A stretch of 64,000 nt of DNA from Candidatus Methylomirabilota bacterium (GTDB lineage Bacteria; Methylomirabilota; Methylomirabilia; Rokubacteriales; CSP1-6), in NCBI GenBank assembly GCA_036397135.1, contig DASWJN010000069.1:1500-65499 (forward strand), read 5' to 3'. The first letter of the stretch is position 1, and each line of letters opens with the position of its first letter. The position numbers were made by a program, and so were the translations under genes. Shown here one piece after another: positions 44,805 to 53,153 of the stretch. The notes beneath the pieces are model-generated. The model saw only the letters and a program-made list of their open reading frames with translations, made no database searches and was not told the DNA's origin.

Positions 44805-44921
44805 ACCAGCGCCACCTCGTCCACGGCCTTCGCTGGACTCCACGGTCGTGCTGCGGCAGGATACTCGACGCGGTGCCGTGCCCGCCCCGGGGCCGACGAG
44901 CCCGCGATGAAAGGACGTCTC

Positions 44922-46325
44922 ATGGCACGCACGCTGCTCGACAAGGTGTGGGACGCGCACACGGTCCGGACGCTGCCGTCCGGCCAGACCCAGCTCCTGA
45001 TCGGCCTGCATCTGATCCACGAGGTGACGACGCCCCAGGCGTTCCAGATGTTGAAGGATTCCAAGCTCAAGGTGCGCATGCCCGAGCGGACCTTCGGCAC
45101 GCTCGACCACATCATCCCCACGACCGACCAGACCCGCCCCTACGCCGACCCCATGGCGGAGGACATGGCGGCGCACATGTACCGGAACATGAAGGAGTTC
45201 GGCCTGCCGCTGTTCGACATGGCGAGCGGCAAGCAGGGCATCGTCCACGTCATCGGCCCCGAGCTGGGCCTCACCCAGCCGGGCATGACGATCGCGTGCG
45301 GCGACAGCCACACCTCCACCCACGGCGCCGTCGGCGCCATCGCCTTCGGCATCGGCACCACCCAGGTGCGCGACGTGCTGGCCACGCAGTGCCTGGCCAT
45401 GGCCAAGCCCAGGCTGCGGCAGGTGCGGGTGGAGGGCGCGCTGGCCAGCGGCGTCTACGCCAAGGACGTGATCCTCGCCATCATCAACCAGCTCGGCGTG
45501 AAGGGCGGCGTGGGCTACGCCTACGAGTACGCCGGCCCCGTCATCGAGCGCATGACGATGGAGGAGCGGCTGACCGTCTGCAACATGTCCATCGAGGGCG
45601 GCGCGCGCTTCGGCTACGTCAACCCCGACGCGACGACCATCGAGTATCTCCGCGGCCGGCAGTATACGCCCACGGGTGAGGCGTTCGACCGGGCGGCCGC
45701 CTGGTGGACGGCGATGGCGACCGAGCCGGCTGCCGCGTTCGACGACGTCGCGCGCCTGGACGGCGGGGCCATCGAGCCGGTGGTGACATGGGGCATCAAC
45801 CCCGGCATGTCGGTGGGTGTGGGGCAGACGATCCCCAGGCCCGAGTCCCAGCCCGAGCCCGAGCGGCCGACCTTCCGCGAGGCGCTGGCCCACATGGGCT
45901 TCACGGCGGGCCAGCCGATCAAGGGCGCGAAGATCGACGTGGCCTTCGTCGGCTCGTGCACGAACGGCCGCCTGTCCGACCTTCGCGCCGCCGCCGAGGT
46001 GGCGAAGAAGGGCAAGGTGGCCGGGCACGTGCGCGCGCTCATCGTGCCGGGCTCGCAGCAGGTGGCCAGGGCCGCCGAGGCCGAGGGCCTGCACGAGATT
46101 TTCCAGGCGGCGGGCTTCCAGTGGCGCAAGGCCGGCTGCTCGATGTGCCTGGGCATGAACGACGACAAGCTGCAGGGCCGCGAGATGAGCGCGTCGTCCA
46201 GCAACCGCAACTTCATCGGCCGGCAGGGGAGCCCCACGGGCCGCACGCTCCTCATGAGCCCGGCCATGGTCGCCGCCGCCGCGATCACCGGCGCCGTCGC
46301 CGACGTGAGGGAGATCCTGAAATGA
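44922..46325 (+). CDS. leuC: 3-isopropylmalate dehydratase large subunit
   Basis: Aconitase-family motifs ([20 protein letters not shown] and GSCTNGR cluster-ligand Cys). ATG 44922 after AAAGGA; the track ORF starts at 44907. Confidence 0.9.
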   Translation: MARTLLDKVWDAHTVRTLPSGQTQLLIGLHLIHEVTTPQAFQMLKDSKLKVRMPERTFGTLDHIIPTTDQTRPYADPMAEDMAAHMYRNMKEFGLPLFDMASGKQGIVHVIGPELGLTQPGMTIACGDSHTSTHGAVGAIAFGIGTTQVRDVLATQCLAMAKPRLRQVRVEGALASGVYAKDVILAIINQLGVKGGVGYAYEYAGPVIERMTMEERLTVCNMSIEGGARFGYVNPDATTIEYLRGRQYTPTGEAFDRAAAWWTAMATEPAAAFDDVARLDGGAIEPVVTWGINPGMSVGVGQTIPRPESQPEPERPTFREALAHMGFTAGQPIKGAKIDVAFVGSCTNGRLSDLRAAAEVAKKGKVAGHVRALIVPGSQQVARAAEAEGLHEIFQAAGFQWRKAGCSMCLGMNDDKLQGREMSASSSNRNFIGRQGSPTGRTLLMSPAMVAAAAITGAVADVREILK

Positions 46326-46924
46326 CGCTGACGACCGACGTCGAGCGGCGACAGGTGTCGGGGCGCGGCATCCCGGTGCCCGGCAACGACATCGACACCG
46401 ACCGCATCATCCCCGCCCGCTACCTCAAGGCCGTCACCTTCGAGGGCATGGGCGAGCACGCCTTCGAGGACGCGCGCAAGCAGAACCCCGAGCACCCCTT
46501 CAACTCGCCCGCCTACCGGGGCGCGTCGGTGCTGGTGGTCGGCCAGAACTTCGGCTGCGGCTCCTCGCGCGAGCACGCCCCCCAGGCCCTCATGCGCTGG
46601 GGCATCCGGGCCATCGTGGGCGGGTCGTTCGGCGAGATCTTCTTCGGCAACTGCGTGATGCTGGGGATCCCGTGCCTGGTCGTGACGCAGGCGGATCTCG
46701 AATGGCTGCAGAAGGCGATCGAGCGGGCGCCGCAGGCCCCCGTGAGGGTGGACGTGGAGAAGCAGGAAGTCCGCTTCGGCGACCGCGTGATCAAGGCGAC
46801 GGTGCCGGACGGGCCGCGCAACCAGCTGGGGGCGGGGACGTGGGACTCCACGGCGGTGCTCCTGGAAGCCGGCGCGGCGATCGAGGCGACGGCGGGCAAG
46901 CTGCCGTACGTGAAGGGGTACTGA
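46322..46924 (+). CDS. leuD: 3-isopropylmalate dehydratase small subunit
   Basis: ATGA overlap with leuC, encoding [36 protein letters not shown]...[14 protein letters not shown]. Confidence 0.9.
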   Translation: MTLTTDVERRQVSGRGIPVPGNDIDTDRIIPARYLKAVTFEGMGEHAFEDARKQNPEHPFNSPAYRGASVLVVGQNFGCGSSREHAPQALMRWGIRAIVGGSFGEIFFGNCVMLGIPCLVVTQADLEWLQKAIERAPQAPVRVDVEKQEVRFGDRVIKATVPDGPRNQLGAGTWDSTAVLLEAGAAIEATAGKLPYVKGY

Positions 46925-46934
46925 GCGCGGAATT

Positions 46935-47150
46935 GCAGCGGCGATGGGCGCGGTCACCCGCTGCTGGGCGTCGATGAGGATGCGCTTGCCGGCCGAGGGC
47001 GTGCCGTCCTTGAGCTTCACTGTCAGATTTTGCCAGGCAATGAGGTAGCCGACCGGATAGCCACTCAAAGTCGGTCGAGCAGGCTCCGCACCTTCGTGGC
47101 CTCCCACGGGAACGGTCGCCGGATCTCCGGGCTGGCGATCTCGACCACAT
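46935..47150 (-). pseudogene. frameshifted/truncated remnant of a DUF262 (GmrSD/ParB-like nuclease N-domain) gene
   Basis: One frame gives ...[19 protein letters not shown] (YQR.Y.W...LLDS-like) and the adjacent frame gives [13 protein letters not shown]...[13 protein letters not shown] (the DGQQR motif). There is no intact ORF or start. The region has lower GC. Confidence 0.45.
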
Positions 47151-47153
47151 CAC

Positions 47154-47405
47154 TCAGGTCAGCACCGTCCCGATGAAATGGGTGTTACGGAATAACGCTG
47201 AGGCGCCATGGTCAAAGCTCCCCCTTGAAGGGTGGGGAGAGGCTGAGCCTGTGCAAAGCGGCACAATCTGGTCCTCCTGCACCAGCGGAGAGAGCAGCTG
47301 ATAGAGGAGAAACGTGGTCAGAATGCTGGTTTTGTTCGGTCGGAGGATCATTACCCGCTGTCCCAAACTGAAGCGCTGCTTGCGACAGGTGTCGGCCTCG
47401 TTCAT
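47154..47405 (-). pseudogene. orphan fragment resembling the C-terminal conserved region of a type I R-M specificity (HsdS) subunit
   Basis: 83-aa ORF in a low-GC segment: ...QRVMILRPNKTSILTTFLLYQLLSPLVQEDQIVPL (compare HsdS ILRP...FLYY.L.S and PL.EQ..IV motifs). No TRD or partner hsdM/R. Confidence 0.3.
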
Positions 47406-47423
47406 CTACGCTCGTCGCATCCG

Positions 47424-47852
47424 CTAACCCGTGAGCTCGAGCGCCAGCCCCTCGGCCCGAGCGGCGTCGTTCAGCCGCTCGTCGTAGGCCAGGAGACGTA
47501 CTTCCTCGCTCGCCTGCCGGTGGAGGTACAGGCACGACGCGAGCTGAACGGAATCGCCCGCCCGCAGCCGATGTCGTGTCAGCAGCGCAACCGCCTCCCT
47601 GGTGACTTCCTCGTCGAGCTCGATCAGAGCGATCGATCTGATGTCCTCGCGAAGCGAGCTCAACGCCCGGCCGAGGTGACTCGGCGAGAGGCCGCCCTCC
47701 CGGGAACGGCGAGCTAGGCCTGACGCAATCTCGACCTCGGACAGTCGGCTGGTGGCCACGGCCTGGCGCTCGAGGACCGCACGGACGGTGACGCTTCCCG
47801 GCTCGTCGACGTAACGCTTCACCAGCGCGCTGGCGTCGACATAGAGAATCAG
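47424..47852 (-). CDS. vapC: type II toxin VapC (PIN-domain ribonuclease); apparent CTG start in CTGA overlap with antitoxin stop
   Basis: Sequence LILYVDASALVKRYVDEPGS... with the PIN acidic residues D5, E (ELDEE), D (AGDSVQ) and D (AYDERL). The first in-frame ATG/GTG (47822) lies after the essential first Asp, so translation must begin at or before CTG 47850-47852. Confidence 0.7.
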   Translation of the reverse strand: MILYVDASALVKRYVDEPGSVTVRAVLERQAVATSRLSEVEIASGLARRSREGGLSPSHLGRALSSLREDIRSIALIELDEEVTREAVALLTRHRLRAGDSVQLASCLYLHRQASEEVRLLAYDERLNDAARAEGLALELTG

Positions 47853-48154
47853 ACGCGATCCTCCCGGTCCTCGACGATCGCCTCGGACACCGGGCGCCCG
47901 TTCAGTCTGATGGGGCGGAACGGCGCAAGTGGCCCCTTGGACGTCCGGGTCAAGCGGCCGAGGGCGACGAGCCGGTCGATCTCTCCCTGGCTCCCCGACC
48001 CCCCGAGGGAGACGGGCCGCAGCTCGGCCACCGGCTCACCCCGGTCGGTGATGACGATCGTCTGCCCCCTCCGGACCTCGCGGAGGTAGCGACCCAGCCG
48101 GGTCTTCAACTCCCGGACGCCGACCACGTTCTTCTTCGAGTTACGTGAACTCAT
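47849..48154 (-). CDS. vapB: type II antitoxin, Phd/YefM (VapB-type) family
   Basis: 101 aa, MSSRNSKKNVVGVRELKTRLGRYLREVRRGQTIVITDRGEPVAEL, the Phd/YefM fold signature. Upstream of vapC. Confidence 0.8.
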   Translation of the reverse strand: MSSRNSKKNVVGVRELKTRLGRYLREVRRGQTIVITDRGEPVAELRPVSLGGSGSQGEIDRLVALGRLTRTSKGPLAPFRPIRLNGRPVSEAIVEDREDRV

Positions 48155-48158
48155 CGAG

Positions 48159-48177
48159 TGTGGTCATTGTGACCACA
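48159..48177. promoter_or_regulatory. TGTGGTCA-TTG-TGACCACA inverted repeat (candidate vapBC operator)
   Basis: A perfect 8-bp arms palindrome 5 nt upstream of the vapB ATG. Confidence 0.5.
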
Positions 48178-48624
48178 TCGGAGGGTGCCGTCAATGACAT
48201 TCAGAATCCCGAGCATCCGGTCGGCTCGCCCGCGAACCTGAGCCGTCTACCTCACCAAGGGGTGCAAGACATCGATCGCCCACGGGTCGTCGGGCACCTC
48301 CCGAGGAGACGGGACCTCGGGCAGCCGGGGAACCGGCAGCCGCGGTCCCGATGGTGCAGCGCCCGCCGTGGCGCCGGCGGAATCGTGCGGGTCCGGGCGC
48401 CGATGGACCGCCGGGATCGATGCGTGCAAGGCCGTCCGCGAGCAGCCCGAGCACGTCCGCATGCTGGACCCATTGTCGGCGGATCGCCCTCCGCCCGCGG
48501 ACAATGACGGCCACGCGGTCAGGGCCGGACTCCCCGCGGGCAAGCGGAGACCGGCCGTCGGCGACAGCTCCCCGACCGGTTCGAGCGGGCGGCGCGCCTG
48601 GACACCCCCGACCGGTCCTCGTCC

Positions 48625-49496
48625 TCAGGCGAGGTGCTTCCTGAAGAAGGCCATCGTCCGCTCCCAGGCCAGCCTGGCCGACGCCTCGTGGTAACGCGGC
48701 GTCGAGTTGTTGTGACAGCCATGCTGGGTGCCGGGATACATGTGCATCTCGTACTGGGCGCCGCTGGCCTTCAGGGCCGCCTCGAAGGCCGGCCACATCG
48801 CGTTGATGCGCTCGTCGCTCTCGGCGTACTGGATCAGCAGCGGCGCCTTGATGGCCGGCACTCGGGCCGTCTCGGCCGCCGCGCCGTAGAACGGGACGCC
48901 CGCGTTCAGCTCCGCGCCGAGCATGACCGCCAGGAAGTTCGTCGTGCTGCCGCCCCAGCAGAAACCCGTGACCCCGAGCTTGCCGGCGGACAGGGCGTGC
49001 CCCGCAGCTTGGCCTGGTCGAGGCCGGCCTGGAGGGCGCGGCCATCGTCGTCGTTGCCCGGGTGCCCGCCGACGGGCGACAACCCGTCGGGAGCGAGGGC
49101 CACGAACCCCTCGGTCGCGGCTCGGCGAGCCACGTCCTCGATGTACGGATTGAGCCCGCGGTTCTCGTGGATCACCCGCACGGCGGGGAACGGCCCCTGC
49201 ACATTCGGCTGCACCAGGTAGCCGCGCATGGTGCCGGAGGTGCCGCCGGGCGAGGGGTAGGTCACGTACCGGGCCTTGATCCGCTGGTCGGTGAAGGAGA
49301 TCGTCTGCGCCAGCGCATAGCGGGGCAACAGCGCCTGCGCCATGGCCAGCGCCGACGCGCCGCCGACCGTCAGCACGCCGGCCCGCTGCAAGAACTCGCG
49401 CCGGTCGATGCGCCCATGGCAGTACTCGTCGTAGAGATCGAACACGCGCCGGTCGATCTCGCTCTGGGTCAGCGCCGGCGCCACGTCCGGTGCCAC
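48625..49496 (-). pseudogene. dienelactone hydrolase family gene with -1 frameshift at a C/G run (~49000)
   Basis: N-terminal half (GTG 49496, MAPDVAPALTQSEIDRRVFDLYDEY...GLDQAKL) in one frame; C-terminal half (...GHALSAGKLGVTGFCWGG...HGC) in the -1 frame. The junction is at the run gtgCCCCgc, 49000-49003. Confidence 0.6.
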
Positions 49497-49551
49497 TGAT
49501 CCGCATTCCCCTGCTCAGCCATGGCTGGCCTCCTTCGCTCGGGTCGGGATT

Positions 49552-49830
49552 CTGATGAATCTCGTGAAACGTGGTGACGCCGGGGGCGGGGCACGGGGGC
49601 CCTGCGCGCGCCACGTCGATGGCGAGCCGTCGTCGCCGTGGCGCGCGCTGGGCTCGGCGAGCGCGCGATCGGCGATTCGACTCACTCCGGGCCAGCCCCC
49701 TTCAGGGGATGGGGGGCTCGCGCTCGCCGAGCCCGGCGCGAGCGTACGGCGACCGGCGAGCCATCCGTGGCGCGCGCAGGGCTCCCGTGCCCCGCCCCCG
49801 GCGTCACCGGATTCCACGAGAGTCATTAGC
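49552..49830. mobile_element. MITE-like ~280-bp hairpin element, copy A (~65-bp terminal inverted repeats)
   Basis: Near-identical to 61654-61934. Termini ATGAATCTCGTGAAACGTGGTGACGCCGGGGGCGGGGCACGGGGGCCCTGCGCGCGCCACG ... CGTGGCGCGCGCAGGGCTCCCGTGCCCCGCCCCCGGCGTCACCGGATTCCACGAGAGTCATTAGC. The right end CATTAGC supplies the TAA stop (49826-49828) of the adjacent gene. Confidence 0.8.
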
Positions 49831-50563
49831 TCACGGCAGGCGCGACGGAGATGCCACGGGCGCCCGTCTTGTCGATCGCGCGGGCGACGAGCCCCGACGC
49901 CTTCGCGTCCTCGACGACGCGCCGGAGGTAGGCGAGGCCCGCGTCGCGGCCCTTGGGCACGGCGATGGACTGCTGGACGCCCATGAAGCGCCCCTCGACG
50001 ATGCGCGATCCGGGCAGCGCCGGGGCCCGGTCCAGCAGGGCCTGCGTCAGGCCGGCGAGGGCCTCGACCTTGCCCGTCACCAGCAGGTCGAACGCCGAGT
50101 CGCCCCCCGGCGTCGACACGAGCTGCGCCCGCCTGAGATTGCGGCTCAGGAACAGCTCGTAGTTGGCACGGGCGGGCGCCGCGACGCGCACGCCCTCGCG
50201 GTCCACGTCCGCCGCCGTGCGCAGCGGTGAGTTGCCGGACACGAGATAGGTCGCCTCGATCTCGAGGTACGCCGCGGTGAAGCTCATCAGCGCCTCGCGC
50301 TGCGGATCGGAGCCGAGGAACGCGATGTCCCACATCCCGGCCGGGGCGGCGTCGCCCATGACGGCGACGCTGTCGAAGGCGACGATCTCGACGGGCACGC
50401 CGAGCCGCCGGCCCAGCTCCTGCGCCAGGTCGACCGCCACGCCGCGCGACTCCCCGGTGGCCCGGTCCTTGGTGGCGAGGATGAAATTCCCGTAGTTGAT
50501 CCCGGCGCGCAGCTTCCCGGTCGGGGCGAGGTCGGCGCGAACGGCGGGCGTGATGTCCGTCAT
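49826..50563 (-). CDS. transporter substrate-binding domain protein (PBP family 3-like), no signal peptide detected
   Basis: 245 aa, MTDITPAVRADLAPTGKLRAGINYGNFILATKD... Its stop codon lies inside the MITE terminus. Confidence 0.6.
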   Translation of the reverse strand: MTDITPAVRADLAPTGKLRAGINYGNFILATKDRATGESRGVAVDLAQELGRRLGVPVEIVAFDSVAVMGDAAPAGMWDIAFLGSDPQREALMSFTAAYLEIEATYLVSGNSPLRTAADVDREGVRVAAPARANYELFLSRNLRRAQLVSTPGGDSAFDLLVTGKVEALAGLTQALLDRAPALPGSRIVEGRFMGVQQSIAVPKGRDAGLAYLRRVVEDAKASGLVARAIDKTGARGISVAPAVS

Positions 50564-50623
50564 GGTTGCGCACGATGCCGGCAGGATCGCCGCGCAAAGT
50601 CCCCCGGCTGTCGATTCACGGGG

Positions 50624-50872
50624 TCAGCGCGGCTCCTTGGTCTTCAGCTGGGCGTCGTGCTTCGTGATGAAAGCCCGGATGTCGCCGGCCATGTCGAGCA
50701 GCTTTGCCCACTGTTCCTTGTACAGGGTGACGGGGAAGCGGCCGAGCCCGTAGACGGAGACTCCACCCTTCTCGCTGACCTTGATCGAAACGCCGCGCGT
50801 GGCGTGGGCCTTCAGCGCCGCGTTCTCCGCCCTGAGCCGATCGACCTCTGCTTGCAGCGCGTCCTCTGCCAT
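50624..50872 (-). CDS. small hypothetical protein (82 aa), N-terminal coiled coil plus C-terminal beta-rich region
   Basis: GGGAGGAG SD, then ATG encoding MAEDALQAEVDRLRAENAALKAHATRGVSIKVSEKGGVSVYGLGRFPVTLYKEQWAKLLDMAGDIRAFITKHDAQLKTKEPR. Confidence 0.5.
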   Translation of the reverse strand: MAEDALQAEVDRLRAENAALKAHATRGVSIKVSEKGGVSVYGLGRFPVTLYKEQWAKLLDMAGDIRAFITKHDAQLKTKEPR

Positions 50873-51008
50873 CGTCGCTCTCCTCCCGGCGGCTCCTGGC
50901 TCATCCCGGCAGCCTCCGGTCGAGCCAGTTGCAGAGCTCCATGATGAGTGGCTGTCCTCGTCGTAGGATAGTGCCTCTTCAGCCGCGCGCAAGCGAGAGG
51001 AGCAGAGC

Positions 51009-52115
51009 GTGAAGATCACGGACGTGACGGTGAAGCGGTACAGTGCCTCGCGTGACCTCCGGGCCTACGGGGGTGACATCCAGATCGTCGAAGTCCACAC
51101 GGATGCGGGCGTGAGCGGCAGGGGATTCGTGAGCGCGGCCGGCGCCACCAGCGACGTCGCGGCGACCCTGGTGCGGCGGAATCTGAAGGCCGTGGTCGTG
51201 GGGGAGAATCCGCTCTTGACGGACGACCTCTGGCGGCGGATGCACGAGGCCGTTCCGCGCCGGGGTGGCGAGGGCATCGTGCGGATGGGCATGGCGGGCA
51301 TCGACTTTGCCCTCTGGGACCTCAAGGGCAAGCTCCTGAACAGCCCGGTCTGGGCCGTGCTCGGCGGCCGGCGCCCTCGGGTCGCGACCTACGCGAACTG
51401 CGCCCACCATCTGCCGCCCGAGACGCTGGCGGCGAAGGCGGCCGAGTACGTGAAGCGAGGTCACACCGCTGTGAAGATCCGCGGCTCCGCGACCTATGTC
51501 TCGCTGAATGAGGCGACCGAGCGAGTGAAGCACGTCCGCGAAGCCATCGGGCCCGACGTGAAGCTGATGGTGGACGTGAACGGGACCTGGGACGTCGATA
51601 GCGCGATCCAGCAGCTCAAGCGCTGGGAGCGCCATGACGTGTACTGGCTGGAAGAGCCGGTGCCGCCCGACGACATCCCCGGCTACGTTCGGATCCGGCA
51701 GCGGGCCGGGCGCACCTACATCGCCGGCGGCGAGCAGCACGTGGGCGTGCTGGAGTTCCGCCAGCTCGTCGAGCAGGGGGCCGTCGACGTCGTGCAGCCC
51801 AACGCGGCGATCACGGGCGGCATCACCGACTGGCTCCGCATCCACGCCCTCGCCACGCTTGCGAGCGTGCCGGTGTCGCCGTGGAACCTCCAGATGGTCC
51901 ACATCCACCTGGCGGCCGGGCTGCCCAACGTCAAGTGGATCGAGTACTTCATGCCGGACAACCCGCTGCTGGAGTTCCAGAGCCGGCTCTTCAAGGGACC
52001 GGTTTTGCGCGAGGAGGCCACGCAGGAGGGGATCTTCCTCGTCCCGCCGGACGGACCGGGCCTGGGCCTGGAGCTGGACGAGGCCGTGGCCGCCGCCAGC
52101 CTGGTGCCGGAGTAA
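51009..52115 (+). CDS. enolase superfamily enzyme (mandelate racemase/muconate lactonizing enzyme family)
   Basis: GTG 51009. KIRG...DVNGTWD...LEEP...GGEQ carries the metal-ligand D/E/D pattern of MR/MLE. Confidence 0.8.
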   Translation: MKITDVTVKRYSASRDLRAYGGDIQIVEVHTDAGVSGRGFVSAAGATSDVAATLVRRNLKAVVVGENPLLTDDLWRRMHEAVPRRGGEGIVRMGMAGIDFALWDLKGKLLNSPVWAVLGGRRPRVATYANCAHHLPPETLAAKAAEYVKRGHTAVKIRGSATYVSLNEATERVKHVREAIGPDVKLMVDVNGTWDVDSAIQQLKRWERHDVYWLEEPVPPDDIPGYVRIRQRAGRTYIAGGEQHVGVLEFRQLVEQGAVDVVQPNAAITGGITDWLRIHALATLASVPVSPWNLQMVHIHLAAGLPNVKWIEYFMPDNPLLEFQSRLFKGPVLREEATQEGIFLVPPDGPGLGLELDEAVAAASLVPE

Positions 52116-52132
52116 GGCCCCGAGACCTTCGC

Positions 52133-52882
52133 CTAGTGGCTGCCTCGTCGAGGCTGCGCGGCAAGCCACTCCGCGGCCGACGGCACGTCCGGATCGCGCG
52201 GGCGCAGGTTGTAGTACGGCACCAGCGGGAAATATGCGTCGGCCAGCCGGCGGAGCTCGGCGACGGGCTCGGGATGCAGGTCGACCCGCAGATCGACCAT
52301 GGCGTAGGGTTCGCGGTCCACGACGAAGAGCCCGCTGGACACCTCGCCGTTCGGTTGGCCTCCGGCCGCCTTCCCCGCCTCGAGGGATCGGAGCAGTCGC
52401 TCCCAGAGCGCGAGGTCGGCGCCCTGCTGAAAGGCTTCGAACATCGCCGTGGCGACCTCCGCCCCCGCGACCGCGTTGGCCGCGACGACCACGTTGCGCT
52501 CGACGCGATGGCCGGCCCACGGCTTGTTCCCCGACCCGGTGCGGGCGGCGGCCAGCCCGCTCACGTCGAGGCACCCGAGCTGACGGCGCTCGACGAACTG
52601 GTCGCTCGCCGCGATCTCCGCCAGGACGCGCGGCGCCGAATAGCCGGCGCTCAGGAGGTTCAGGCCGAGATGGCCCAGGCGCGGATTGGTGCTGGCCTGA
52701 GTGACGACGGCACCCACCCCCGGCGCGACGTGAATGCACCGCGAGCCGACGGCCATCTCGCTGGTCGCGATGGCGATCCCGAACATCCCGGTGCGCTCGC
52801 ACCGGCCGATGAGTGAGAACGTCGTGAACTCGATGCCGATCAACGCCAGATACCCGGCATGGCCGATCACCTCGGCGGGCAT
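52133..52882 (-). CDS. DUF1028 family protein (Ntn-hydrolase-like)
   Basis: TFSLIGRCERTGMFGIAIATSEMAVGSRC resembles the DUF1028 N-terminal MTFSIVARD...GVAV.S pattern. Confidence 0.6.
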   Translation of the reverse strand: MPAEVIGHAGYLALIGIEFTTFSLIGRCERTGMFGIAIATSEMAVGSRCIHVAPGVGAVVTQASTNPRLGHLGLNLLSAGYSAPRVLAEIAASDQFVERRQLGCLDVSGLAAARTGSGNKPWAGHRVERNVVVAANAVAGAEVATAMFEAFQQGADLALWERLLRSLEAGKAAGGQPNGEVSSGLFVVDREPYAMVDLRVDLHPEPVAELRRLADAYFPLVPYYNLRPRDPDVPSAAEWLAAQPRRGSH

Positions 52883-52948
52883 GATACCTGATGGGCTTCT
52901 CGCGGTCTGGCTGGACCGCTGATCCTCGGGAAGGCGGGCGCTCCGGCG

Positions 52949-53068
52949 TTACTTCTTGATGCCGTCCACCGTGTTGTCGATCTTCCGGCCGGCCTTTTCC
53001 GCGGGGCCGCTGCCGATCAGCTTGTCCTGCCCGGTGACCTCGTCGACCTTTCCCCCCGCCTTTTGCAT
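52949..53068 (-). CDS. CsbD-like general stress protein (39 aa)
   Basis: MQKAGGKVDEVTGQDKLIGSGPAEKAGRKIDNTVDGIKK, the CsbD KxxG repeat pattern. Confidence 0.5.
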   Translation of the reverse strand: MQKAGGKVDEVTGQDKLIGSGPAEKAGRKIDNTVDGIKK

Positions 53069-53153
53069 CGCCCGCTCTCGGGGGACTCGCGAGCCGATGT
53101 AGCAAAAAAGTCCTGCCGCGATGGCCCGCGTGGGTCTCTGTCCGGCGGCGCTC

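Noticed and set aside
49555-49986. ORFs MNLVKRGDAGGGARGPCARH... and their counterparts at 61505-61933, 60130-61911 N-terminus and 49515-50597 C-terminus
   Set aside because: These are translations of the two MITE-like repeat copies in several frames (the same peptide strings recur at both loci), not independent genes.
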